Shown here: positions 15,233-27,983 of the stretch, one piece after another
How the letters are laid out: each line of letters starts with the position of its first letter
Numbering within the stretch: the stretch's first letter is position 1
Source of the DNA: Octopus vulgaris
Taxonomy: Eukaryota
Direction: 5' to 3'
DNA length: 64,000 bases
Assembly (NCBI GenBank): GCA_951406725.2
Contig: OX597820.1
Coordinates: forward strand, 29,140,001 to 29,204,000
Program-made: the position numbers and the translations under genes
Notes under the pieces: model-generated
Database searches by the model: none
Seen by the model: only the letters and a program-made list of their open reading frames with translations
Told to the model about the DNA's origin: nothing

Positions 15233-15289
15233 GTGCAACCCTTGGCACACCTATCCCCGCATCATATGCTACCAACCGTATCCCCAAGC

Positions 15290-15490
15290 TAATCAGAGAT
15301 ATACCAGGTATGCGAAAATAACCACATTCCAAGTTTGTAAATATATCGGATCAGCCAGTACATCTTTCAAACGTCACTACCGCAACCACCAGAAAGACGG
15401 TTTGTCACGTCCCTGGCCCATCATGTGTGACACCTCAAAGATCAAGGGACGCCATATGGTATCAGGTGGAAAATAATAGATCATCCAATC
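15290..15490 (+). mobile_element. Penelope-like GIY-YIG endonuclease fragment
   Basis: KYIGSASTSFKRHYRNHQK followed (frameshifted) by LAHHV*HLKDQGTPYGIRWKIID. Confidence 0.65.
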
Positions 15491-15995
15491 CCAAAATCTG
15501 CATCGTGGAGGGAGCCAAAATTCTTAAGGAATATACTAATCCTGGCGCGTTAATTAGTCGTAAAAAAGTTTTATTCTAAATGTGTCCACTTCAATCGTTA
15601 CCTACTGGAAAATTGGATCTCTCCGTTTGCTGGTTAGGCTTTTTCGGGTCTCTAATGGTTGTTTTTATCCCCTGGTCCAGGAGAGACAACCCGTCTTCAT
15701 TAACGTTTTATATGTTAAGATTAAAATCACGATTTCTGAGCGTTTCTTCACGTTCGAGACGAAGAAAGTTTAAATTTTTTGTCTTTATATAGCGTCTGAC
15801 GAGTTGCTCACAAAGTTTTAGCTTTGTGGATACGTAACCTTTAGTAACTCTATGTCCAAAATTTTAATTTTTGTTGTAATGATTACTGCTGTATTCTTTA
15901 GAGTGTGCTTCTTTTCTGATATATGCTTTATTGAGTATATGTACATATATCTGTTATATATATATATGGAAATCTAGGTATAATTGTGTGTGTGT

Positions 15996-16040
<45 letters not shown>

Positions 16041-16183
16041 TGTGTGTGTGGGGTGGGCGTTATAACTGTCAGTTTTACCAATCAGTTGTGTCATAAATGT
16101 TGATATATCTCATATTTATAAGAGAAAGCATATAGAATCCGGGAAACCGGCCTCGTGAGCCTATGCCTCCGGAAAGACCTATT

Positions 16184-16260
<77 letters not shown>

Positions 16261-16916
16261 AATGTAGGTAGGTAGGTAGGTAGGTAGGTAGGTAGGTAGG
16301 TAGGTAGGTAGGTAGGTAGGTAGGTAGGTAGGTAGGTAGGTAGGTAGGTAGGTAGGTAGGTGGGTAGACAGGTAGATTGATTGATTGATAGTTACATACA
16401 TACATTGCATACATACGTATATACATCCCTACATATATACATACATACATATATACATACATAGATACATACATAAATACATACATACACACAGACATAC
16501 GTATGTTTGTGCTCACCTCGGTTATTATAATGTCGATTGTGAGAGAATATGTGTTGTATTATTTTATTGCGTGCGGATACAACTAAACTTTCCACAATAA
16601 AACGCTACTTATAATGTTTTAATCGTTTTATTGAACTTTAAATTTCAAAATACTTTTAGCAAAATCATTAACACGTAATAAACTCATTTGTGTTCGTGGA
16701 AAAATGCTTAATAAAACACAGTAAATTGAGGGTGTTTAAATATAACTATCTTACATCCAGATCACAAACTAAGCAAAAACGCAGTAAGAGAGGATCGTTT
16801 TATCATCCTCAATAAAAAAAATATTGGATTTTCTTTTCGTACTGTCGCAAATATTCTTGTTTAAATAGAATTGGGAAATTTGAACTTCACAAGGAATCTA
16901 TACTAATAAGTAATTG

Positions 16917-19126
16917 CACAATGTAACACATGTTTTGTTTATTTGTATTTTTTAATGTTCATATATGCATTTTTTGCCACTAAATTAAAAAATCGCATTC
17001 GTTTTGACGTAACATCGATAGTTATTTATTTATTCCTAATTTCATATTTGCTCATTATATTTGTAACTTTTCTCTACAGTACTTTGTTGGTTCAATATAT
17101 TCTAGTATTGTAAGTATAATTACACAACATTTAGTACTTTTTCATATATTGAAAGATATTTAGGAAGTATAATATTAGTTAGAAGAAAATGAAACAATAA
17201 AACTCTGCACTGTAAATGCCTTGATAACGCTTTTCTTAAGAAGAGAATTGCTTTGACGATCGAGATTTTCTGGAGTGTACACCTTCATCTCTTCTGACAA
17301 GAGACCATATATAATCTCCCATTATAGCAGTATCCCATTGTCCTTGGTATCTTCTTTCCATAGTTGCGATGTCCTGATGAAATCTCTCACCATGCTCCTC
17401 ACTGACATCACCCAAGTTTTCAGGAAAAAAATCTTGGTGAGAGTGCAAAAAATGAGCCTTTAAGGACATACGACAACCCATTTTCTTGAAGTTTTCAATA
17501 AGCTTTGCTACCAGCTGTTTGTAATTGGGATCCTTGTGATTTCCTAGGAATCCACGATCTACATAACGAAATGCACACCAAACTTCTTTTTCAACTTTTG
17601 TCATCGTTCTTTCCAGTTTCTTCGATTTTAACATTGCATTTACTTGGGGCCCCAACAAGTATGCCACCCTTGATCTTAGCCTCAGATAGCTTTGGAAACA
17701 TAAGACAAATTTCTTGAAAAGCTTCTCCTCTAAAATCTAAGGCCTTCACAAACTGTTTTACCAATCCGAGTTTGATATGAAGTGGGGGTAATAAGATTTC
17801 GTTGGAATCTACTTGAGGCTGTTTGAGAACATTTAACATTCCTGGCTGCAGTTCCACTCGTGGGAGCCAATGTACTCCCTTGTAATGATCATCATCAGCT
17901 CTGCTGTCCCATAAGCAAAGGAAACATGAATAATTTGTGTATCCCCCTAGCAAGCCAAGCAAGAAGGCAAGCATCTTGAAATCACCACAAACATGCCACT
18001 TGAACTCAGCGTAATTTATTTTGTCGAGAAGTCCTTTGACATTATCGTAATTTTCTTTCTTCTGTATGGAGGGTGCAAGAAGCAAAGAAGGATATTTATT
18101 TCCATTGTGGAGCAACACTGCTTGAGACTTCGTGTTGAGCTATCTATGAACATTCGCCATTCTGCAGAATCATGCTTGAGTCCAATAGCAGTAAACAAAC
18201 CAATCACATCTTTACAATAACACAGATCATTAATATTTTCATAGTAAATTTCAAATTCTTCATGGTGTTTCCAGTACACAGATGCCTTGCAGTCTTCCTC
18301 CAGTAGATTCCATTTCTTCAACCTTGATGAAAGAAGTTCAGCTCCTGACTTAGTAAGACCCAGATCTCTGATTAAATCATCTAGCTCACTCTGATTTGGT
18401 AAGTGAGGCTCCGAAGTCGTACTTGGTACGAAAGCTTCCTCCATTTCTTGGCTGCTGCTGTTACTTGTTGACTCTTCGAAATATTTTCTGGTGGTAGTGG
18501 TACTCGTAAACTGTCATCATGTGGGACAGGTGCTCTAGATGGTGGTATGTCTGGATACTAAAGAGCTTTTCTGTACTTTGTCACATTGATCATACAAAAG
18601 TAACAGTCATCGTGATGGTTCTTTGGCTCTCTCCATACCCATGGAATGGCAAAAGGCATTGACCTTCCTGTACCTCTTAACCATCCTTCTAGAGTAGATC
18701 GACAGCTTCCATGTATCAGATGTGGGGCCCATGGTTTGTCCTGATCACTCATGGGCATTCCGAAATAGAGTCTGTATGCTATCCACAATTTGATACCTTT
18801 CACGATCTTATGTAATACATGCTTTCTCCAATATAATAACCACACACATATCAAAATGTATCTGGAGAATTTTACATACTCTGGTAACCATCCTGAAAGT
18901 AACAGAAATTAGTAATTAGTCTGAAAGAGAAAATTAGACATAAATTTAGTAGCGAAACATTATAACAATACCAAATATATAATAACATTGAAAATCGACA
19001 TATTTTCTTAACTGTTCATGATACACAAAAAATAATTTCATTTTTGGAATCAGCAGAAAAAATGGATTAATAAACAATTAAAGAAATACAATAAACAAAT
19101 TTTTATTTGAAAATTGTTACGTTGTG
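16917..19126 (-). mobile_element. Chapaev (CMC; Chapaev3-like) DNA transposon, full-length but frameshifted
   Basis: Overlapping ORFs give DQDKPWAPH, WREPKNHHDDCYFC, LIRDLGLTKSGAELL, FIDSS, CGDFKM, LPPLHIKLGL, HFLHSH, SEEHGERFHQDI; imperfect ~110-bp TIRs starting CACAATGTAACA / ending TTGTTACGTTGTG; flanks TTG/TTA; ATG at 18891 preceded by acceptor-like TTTCAG. Confidence 0.85.
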
Positions 19127-19239
19127 TTATAGTCATTTTATTTAATCTTTTAAAAATCAGCAACATGTCTCAATGGTACATCAGTTATTTTTCATCACAT
19201 GTAACCATCGGTGAGGACAGGAAAAATGTAATTTATTTA

Positions 19240-21479
19240 AAATTAATTAACTGCAAGTTTGAATTGCATATTGTTAGTTAAATATTCGAATTTCGGTGAA
19301 TATTTGTCAACGATTGGCGCAAACAATTTTCTTGTTCATTTGTTAATGTATTTCCTGTCTTAAACTTTAACATATTCTTGCACGAGAATGATGTTTCACA
19401 AAGACAGAGTGACAGAAAATATTTCTTCATTATAAACGACACGTTATATAATGGTTCATTAGAAACTAGATGTCAACAAATAAAATCTTGGTGGCTTTGT
19501 TTTAATTCAATGTCGCTTTGAACAAATAGTAATTCATTTTCTGTATCACACGAATTTTAGTTGAACAAAGCTTCTCTCTACGCAACTATTTCTTCTACAT
19601 CGATTTTGCTAATGGAACATTAAACAAATACCGCTATTGGTATAAGTTAATGAAAATCTTGAAAACGAAACATCATATTCTGTTTTTCAAGTCTCAAAAA
19701 TGGCAATTTATTGAGTTTGCCAGAACGTCCGTTCGATTTTTAAGCAAAAACTATGACAAGTTTTGTACAAAAAGCGATTTATTCAATCAATGATATAATT
19801 GCCGTTTCATTCCAGTATCTTCTACCATATTGTGAGCAGATCCATTATTCTTTACTCAAAGAATTTCCAGTCTTTACTGGCAAAAAAGGTTTCCCTGTGA
19901 ATTTTTACATCCTCTTCGGAGTTGAAGGTTTGTCCATTCAATGAATTTTGAAAAAATTGAAACAAGAAGAAATTGAAGGCGCAAAGTCAGCAAAATATGG
20001 AGGGTACTGTATAACTTTTCAACCATGCTCCTCGTAAATTCTGTTGCTTCTGGAAAGAAGTATGTTGTTTGATATTGACATGATGAAATACAATGCCCTT
20101 ACGATTGACAAGTATTAGACGCTTCTTTCTGGTGGATCGCTGCATCTAATTTGACCAGCTGATCACTGGTACACATTTGAATTGATGGTCCTACTCGTGG
20201 AAATAATCTCGTAAAAGACAACACCCTTCCAGTCTCACCAAATTGAAAGCATGTCCTTCTTCGAGTGAAGGCCTGCTTTGATTATTGTAATGATTCACTA
20301 CGTCTCCCCACGACCGCTTGCGTTTCACATTGCTGTAGACGATCCAATTTTCGTTCCTCGTCACAATTCTCTTCAAAAAACGGATGGTTTTCTTCACAGC
20401 TCTGCAACGAATCTCAAATGGAAATCTGTTGGGCAAAATTTAACCTCGTTCAATTGATGAAGGACCTAAATATCGATATTTAGGTCCTTCATCAATTAAT
20501 TTTTGTTTTGTTTTGGGGTTCATTTTTGTTTGTTTTTTTCTCTTGTTTGCATTATCCACCAACAAATGCACTTTTCGCACATTTGTTGATGAATAATACA
20601 ATGGCATAAATTAATTTTTTTGAAAGTTTTCGGCTTGATATGCAATGAGCAATAAATCCTTTATTGCAGCCTATCTCTAGTTATTGATTCAAGTTTCTGA
20701 AGTGTTAAACTGTCCTCATACGTCATTTATTTTTTCTGCATATTTGTATATTGTAAACATCTTTTCCCTATGTTTTACCTTCTAATGGAGAACGTACTGT
20801 AAAGAATTCTTTTTCCATAGTAATATCCTCAAAAACTAACCGTATATAAATACACGTTTGAGCGACGCAGATAATATCCGTTGATTCCTCCATTTACAAT
20901 GAAAAAAAAATACTTTTGCACGCTGAAATATCTTTATACATTTCTTTCACTATTACGCCATCAAACATTGTTTCAATCCTTCTAATTACAGTATTTTTTG
21001 GTGACTAGAACCCATTTACTGCATTCGTATATCAGCTTTGTTTAGTTGCTTTTCTTTCCTAATTTACAAATAGCAAGTTACTATCCACCACAATACTTCC
21101 TTCATTTTTTTTTTTTTTGTACCATTGCTCAAATATTATTTTTTAAGCTCCACAATTATATGCAGTAGCCTAAAAACTGCAATTGTAGCAGCTGAAGATT
21201 TAGAAATTGACGCTTTGTAAAAATTTATTGTTGCTTTTCCAAACAAAAAATTAAATCTTTCGTTTTTCTCATTTCCGAATTTAGAGGAAGCTACGTTGCA
21301 AATGTTTTATGAATAGAATTTAAATATTTTTTCTCCTTTCTATCGCTTTGCTGCAACGATATTTGCATAGCAAATTAAACACGTTCATTTCTCTTTAATC
21401 ATTGCAAACAAAAATTGCTCTTTCTATTCTTTGTTATAACAGTATGTCTTTTTGGCCTTTTATGTTGTTGACAATCCAT
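19240..21479 (-). mobile_element. Decayed hAT (Charlie/Buster-like) transposase, interrupted by mariner
   Basis: Manual translation: TCLICYANI (N-terminal zinc finger), FSL*MEESTDII.VAQTCIYIRLV, CHCIIHQQ, and C-terminal LCETSFS...ENCLRQSLTN; many stops. Confidence 0.7.
19711..20474 (-). mobile_element. 5'-truncated mariner relic
   Basis: IVTRNENWIVY (cf. IVTGDEKW), YPPYFADFAP (cf. HPPYSPDLAP), TIR-like TTGAGTTTGCCAGAACGTCCGTTCGATTT after TA at 19709-19710. Confidence 0.75.
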
Positions 21480-22805
21480 TATTAGTGGTATTTTTTGAAA
21501 AAAATGGAATAGCGGTATTGTTGGTGTAGGGTATTATAATGATATTACTATATGGATTTAGAGCATATGATAGTAAGCCGTTCAAATATTGTTTTTTTCT
21601 CTGTTGGATAAAAACACTTTATTGAAAAAAATGTAGAAAGATTGTGGCATGTGTTTCAAAAATAGTTTTCCAGAAACTGTAAGGCATGATTATCTTGATT
21701 TATTTTATTAATCAGTTGGTTTTATTATTATTTTTTTATGAAATCTATAACATTATGGCTGTTACGATCTATGTATAGAACGCTTAACTATGGAACCAAA
21801 TAGAAGATATAATCTGTACACACAGCTTTCATAATATTGACTGATAAACTATGGAACGGAATCGAAAACATAATATATTTTAGACATAACATATATATCA
21901 TTTATATTATTTGCATGAGAAGCCACAAGAATATCAATATTGAAATTCAAGTGATATCTGATATGTGTGTATGCGTGCATGTATATATATATATGTGTGT
22001 GTGTGTATATATATATATATATCGATGTACACAGTACAAAATATGATCCAATAGCTCCTTACTTTGGAGATGTGGATCTAGACAGGGTTTTATATCATGC
22101 CTTGTGTCTTCCAGCAATCTCTGACTCTGAGCACTTGGTCTATACAATTTTCAAATAAGGACGTTGGTACTCGAGACATAACCAGAAAAAATAAAATGGT
22201 AGATGCAAAATGTGGAAGAGTTAATAGAAACAGAAACGAAAGGAAATTAGTGTTATGTCCCCTTTGTCCGTAAAGCCATAATTACGTTAGTTACTAGATC
22301 ACTACAGTGAGTGATCCAAATCTGCGCGACAGCTGCTCAATCCGGGGATGATGGTGTCCTCTCGTTCGCCAAAAGAAATTTGCACATATGTTTGCATTTG
22401 CTAAACATTTAGGATCTGGAATTCAATAGCACAGGGAAATTCTTAGAACTAAAAAAGAATATGCGATATTTCAGCTATGGATAAGTTGCATTTCTTAGAT
22501 CCCTTAACATATTGCAGGGATTTCTCAGGGACACTTCAAGTGATTGTACATGGTGTGCAGTTGATCTTCAAACCCCATATGTGGCCTGCCAAATTATTGG
22601 CTTTACTTCTATCGCTGTACCTGAAAGAAAACAGGTGGTTTGCATAACGTCTTTCGAAATCGCCCTTGAATAACCCAATGTAATCCAAAAGAAAAAGTAC
22701 ATCCTGTTAATGAAACGAATGCAAGATGGTTTCCCATTTTCTTCTGTAAATATGCAGATGTGTGTGTGTGAGTGTGTGTGCGCGTGTGTGTGTGTGTATT
22801 TATAC

Positions 22806-23225
22806 AAGCGCAGGTGTCTGGTAAGAAGCTTGCTTCCCAACCACATGGTTCCGGGTTCAGTCCCACTGCGTCAGTCCCACTGCGTCAGTCCCACTGCGTC
22901 AGTCCCACTGCGTCAGTCCCACTGCGTCAGTCCCACTGGACAAGTGTCTTCTACTATAGCCTCGGGCCGGCCAAAGCCTTCTGAGTGGATTTGGTAGACG
23001 GAAACTGAAAGAAACCCGTTGTACATATATATGTATGTGTATGTGTGTGTGTTTGTCCTCCCACCATCTCTTGATAACCAATGTTGGTGTGTTTACGTCC
23101 CTGTAACTTAGCGCTTCGGCAAAACAGACCGATAGAATAAGTATTAGGCTTACAAAGAGTAAGTCCTGGGGGTCTTACTGCATGGTTGAAGTCAAATGAT
23201 TGAAACAAATAAAAGAATAAAAGAA
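22806..23225 (+). mobile_element. SINE type A with internal 14-bp tandem expansion
   Basis: Type A head and tail; TCAGTCCCACTGCG repeated ~6 times at 22857-22938. Confidence 0.88.
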
Positions 23226-23256
23226 TAGATAGATAGATTGATAGATAGATAGATAT

Positions 23257-23297
<41 letters not shown>

Positions 23298-23822
23298 CAA
23301 AACTTACTTGGAAAAGGATGCGTGGCGTTCGATCATATAATAATATAAATAATATATAATATATAGTATTATTTATATTATATATATATATTTATATTAT
23401 ATATATATATATATATATAACAAATGAGGGGGTGTATTTCCACGCAGGGAAAAACACGACGGAATAAGAATCAGAGAAATTGTAAACCAATTCCCTTTTT
23501 TTTACTATCTTCATTTCTCCCTTGTTTTTCTCCCTCTTAACTCAGTATGACTGAAACTTTGATGATATTCATTTCTTGTCGATCACTACTTACACTAGTG
23601 AACTTTAAACAAATTGATGGACAGTTTTTATATTATTGACTGTTATGAACATTTAAACTTGTCAACATTGAAACTTTTAAACATGTTTTTCTAATTCATA
23701 AATCTAAATTTTCACCATTGATAAACAAAAAATATTGTTGAAAATAGTTTGGTATATATATAAATAAAATTGTTTTAAACAATTACAAGTTTTTCAAATT
23801 TAGGTGCATCTTCAACAACAAA

Positions 23823-23870
<48 letters not shown>

Positions 23871-25345
23871 TTTGTTGTTGAAGATGCACCTAAATTTGAA
23901 AAACTTGTAATTGTTTGAAATGAAGATAGTAAAAAAAAGGGAATATATATATATGTTTACATATATATATATATATGTTTACATATATATATGTAAATAT
24001 ATATATAGACATACATATACATACATATAAATATGTATATTTTATATATATTATATATATGTATTTATATATATGTATACATATATATCTATGTAAATAT
24101 ATACATACATATACATACATATATATGTATATTTTTTATATATATTATATATATATATGTATGTATATATATATTTATATATACATATATATATGTAAAT
24201 ATATATATACATACATATATATAAATGTATATTTTATATATATATATATTATGTATATATATGTGCATATATATATATGAATATATTGATTAATTGATTA
24301 ATGTACATAGTTATGAGCTCCTTATTAGTATCCACCTTCCTCTCGTTTTATTTCTCGTGATTTCTCTTCTATTATCCCGATTTGTAGCTTGTGTAGGCCA
24401 TGTGCTCAGAGACTAAATATTGCTTGGAGACACTAGGCGCGTTACTGAACCTGCCACGATAGTATTTTCAATGTATGAATCTACAAGTAGTTCATAATTA
24501 TATATTGTGTACAAGAAGCAACATTTATCTCTCGCAGGATGGAGTACTGTTTCGTTGATCGGGAAGGTAAACTATATATATATCGAGAGAGAGAGAGAGG
24601 TAGACAGACAGACGGACAGACGGACAGACAGAGACAAAGACGGATACGGGGGGAGGGAGAGAGAGAGAGCATGAATCAGAAATACTGAAATAAATTAAAT
24701 CTTAGAAATGCTCTCCGTTATGCTAAAGTACTCTATAAGCATGTAAACACATCCCTTCTTTGTTTTCGATTTACAGGGGAGAAAAACAATTTCATGACAG
24801 GTAGTGTTCGGGATTTGCTGATCGCTCGTCACAGAAGACATACATAATCTTCTTCCATAATCATTGTGTTAGTTATTAAATCTAGCAGCAGGTAATTTAG
24901 CTAATGCCGTGTTGTACGACGTAATTTACACATTTTTACTTTAGGTGTCTCATCATCATATATTAAACAATATATATTTGATAAAAACAGACATATATAA
25001 TCAAAACGGACATTGTCATCCCAAAAACTATAGAAATTTGAAACTATAAAGTATTAAAACGAACTAGCGAACTAAACGTATTAACATAGTCTAAGAACAC
25101 AGGTTATAAAGACATAAAATGGAAAATAATGACCCAAGGAATAATTAATCAAGAATATTAAACACATACATTAATTAAAAAACATAAATCAATAAATATT
25201 GCTACCTCACAGCCGATAACACATAAAAGCTTAAACATGAAAACAATTAAATGAACTAAAAGTAATCAATGGAATAATATATCGCTTTAACTATCAGGCA
25301 TCCATCATCTCAAAGCAACACGATATGACAATAAACTAATGTAGA

Positions 25346-25740
25346 TCTAATCTATATATATATATAAAGCTAAAGTTGTCTGTGTGTGGCAGGTTTGGTA
25401 GCCTTCAACTAACACCATCTCCTCCAAGACCCTGCGGCGCAAGTTGACTAAAATTGAGAGTATGATAGAAGGCTTGCTCTTCATTCCTTGAAAGATAAAA
25501 TTGATCGGATCATGTTAAGACCAAATATTATTTACATCAAAAAGGTGCTTTTTTTTCTATGAAAATCCCTATTTTTTACGATTTTTTTACTACTGTGTCG
25601 CCATTTTTTGGTGTATTTCAACCAGAAACCTGTTCACTTAAAGGGAATAACAAGCTACATAATGCAAAAGTTTTACTTTTCAAAAATTCCAATTCTAAAG
25701 GGTCGAAACAAACCCGAGCAACGCCGGGCGATACTGCTAG
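25346..25740 (+). mobile_element. Non-autonomous Helitron
   Basis: 5' TC, 3' hairpin CCCGAGCAACGCCGGG followed by CTAG, inserted between A and T, no TSD. Confidence 0.85.
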
Positions 25741-25769
25741 TATCTATTAAAAATTAACCTTAGGCAGGT

Positions 25770-25965
25770 TTATGGTTGAGTTTGTGGCAGTGGAATCAGT
25801 GGAATCCTCCGGCGTTCTTGGTCCCTGGACGATATCCCTGCTCACTGCTCTTGGGGCGGAGATGGCTGTCCGCAAGTACGAGCCCTATGTGTCAGAGTGG
25901 CTGTTCCAGCACATCTCCGCCTTTCTCTGAGGCAACGTCTTTTCTATTTTGTCTACTTAGGCCAT
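25770..25965 (+). mobile_element. C-terminal fragment of a CRE-like RLE non-LTR retrotransposon
   Basis: Translates FVAVES..SSGVLGPWTISLLTALG...EPYVSEWLFQHISA..LRGNVFSIL, resembling the CRE C-terminal ET.G...WL.QRIS....RGNA motif. Confidence 0.6.
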
Positions 25966-26215
25966 GAGGTGGTCTGACTTAGAGGAAATTACGTATAGGT
26001 TATACTCTTTAAATACTTAGATCCAAGCAATAATTTATTATTTTAATTCTACCATAGGATTATAGATGCTATTTCTACCTAAAAAATAAGTATGAAATAT
26101 AAAATCACAACGAAACTATACACTATATAATTACAAATTTATCGCTTGACTTAATCGCTATTTACCGCCAAAATACTAATATGTGTGTGCGTGTTTGAGT
26201 GTGCGTGTTTGAGTT

Positions 26216-26254
<39 letters not shown>

Positions 26255-26258
<4 letters not shown>

Positions 26259-26560
26259 CAAAATAACGCAAAACATCCGGACAACTAGGTGATACAAAAG
26301 GGGACAACAAAACATCCAGATAGACGATACAAAAAAAAACACGGTCGGGTCATTCGAAGCCTTTTATCTTCAGTCAAGAACCGGATCATCCTCGCAATTT
26401 CGGCTGATTAATCTTGAGATTGCTCCAATCTGGCCAGCCCCAAGGAAAAACTAAGCTAAGAGCATTAGATTCCTTGGAAAAAAGCATCGAATGTATACGA
26501 AAACAAGGACGGAAAAACAGACGATGTTACACGAATATAAATACAAAAAAAATAAAAAAC
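26255..26560 (-). mobile_element. Unclassified (TA)n-embedded repeat carrying a permuted hammerhead-like motif (copy 1)
   Basis: Homologous to 61611-61900; motif at 26358-26424. Confidence 0.7.
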
Positions 26561-26573
26561 AATAATAATAATA

Positions 26574-26619
<46 letters not shown>

Positions 26620-27285
26620 GGATTGCGGGTTCGTTTCTCTTTTTGCTATCTGTGATATTATTTTCGACCTTCTATATAAATGAAGATATTTCCTCCGTCT
26701 GGCTGCTTTTCTTTCTACAATACAGAAAGTTACATTGCGGACCAGACATTTTAACGAGTTAGATTTATTTATCACCCGACGAGATCCATCTGCACCACCG
26801 GATGCTCCTGAACCAGTTGGTCAGTGTCCCACCCATGAGGAATCGATGCTGGATGTGGTGAAACAATTGTCGTAATTAATAATAAATTCTTGTATATTCC
26901 ATCTTCTGTTTTTTATTTGCAACATATATATATACATGCATGTATGTATAGGTATATGTATATATATGTATGTATGTATATGAATATGTATGTATATAAA
27001 TGTTTATATTTATGTCGACTAAAGATTTTGCATTAAAGAAGGATTTCTCAATATTTTTTAAAGTTCATATTTATTATATTCCATGAACTGTTGCTCATGA
27101 TTATCCATGAACTGTTGTGTCACCAATAGTTCAAGGTACATGAAAAACCCGCGTATCTCGGTAACCCGTTGTCCGATTTACGCGAAACTTGTTTTAGTCG
27201 ATATTTTGACCTTTTAGCTCGATGTAGTCGTTATCATTTTCCTTGTAAATTCATTTCGTATATAGGCATATACATACATACATAC

Positions 27286-27363
<78 letters not shown>

Positions 27364-27769
27364 CACTTACAGATATGCATACAGATGTGTGTGTCTGTGT
27401 GTCTGTGTGTGTGTGTCTGTGTGTGTGTTAAGTGGCAATGCATGAATAAAATATATGCATATGCAAATTAAAAATTCGTTCATACTCGAACGTGGGAAGA
27501 GATTTCGCTGCAGAAAAAGTCTCACGAGAATTATCTCCTCTTAGAAAACTTGCATGAAAGCAAATTTGACTTATGAATGTCGTTATCGGATCGAGAGACG
27601 CATGCTTTTCTCAATTTTCAGCTGGCTCGTGCAACTTTATTCAATTATTTCCAGCTTGACCAAGTTTTATATACTGTTTGTTGTTCGTCTATACTTAAAC
27701 TATCATTCTAATAGGACGTATTTGGTGTTATCGTGTTGTTTCACAAGGTGCACACACAAACACACATAC

Positions 27770-27860
<91 letters not shown>

Positions 27861-27876
27861 TGTGTGTATGTGTATG

Positions 27877-27907
<31 letters not shown>

Positions 27908-27983
27908 AGGGAATATCAATTCTGGCGTCACAAGGATGAGATATTCAAGTTAAGAATATTAAGTTGAATTATTCTCATTTAAT

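Noticed and set aside
15560-15900. Complex sequence with partly open minus-strand frame
   Set aside because: No family recognisable by eye; needs BLASTX.
22857-22938. Short direct-repeat array suggestive of CRISPR
   Set aside because: No spacers, lies inside a SINE, eukaryotic context, no cas genes.
24777-24890. Possible exon (polypyrimidine-TTTACAG ... CAG/GTAATT)
   Set aside because: Stops in the frames examined and no recognisable protein; splice-like motifs are common by chance.
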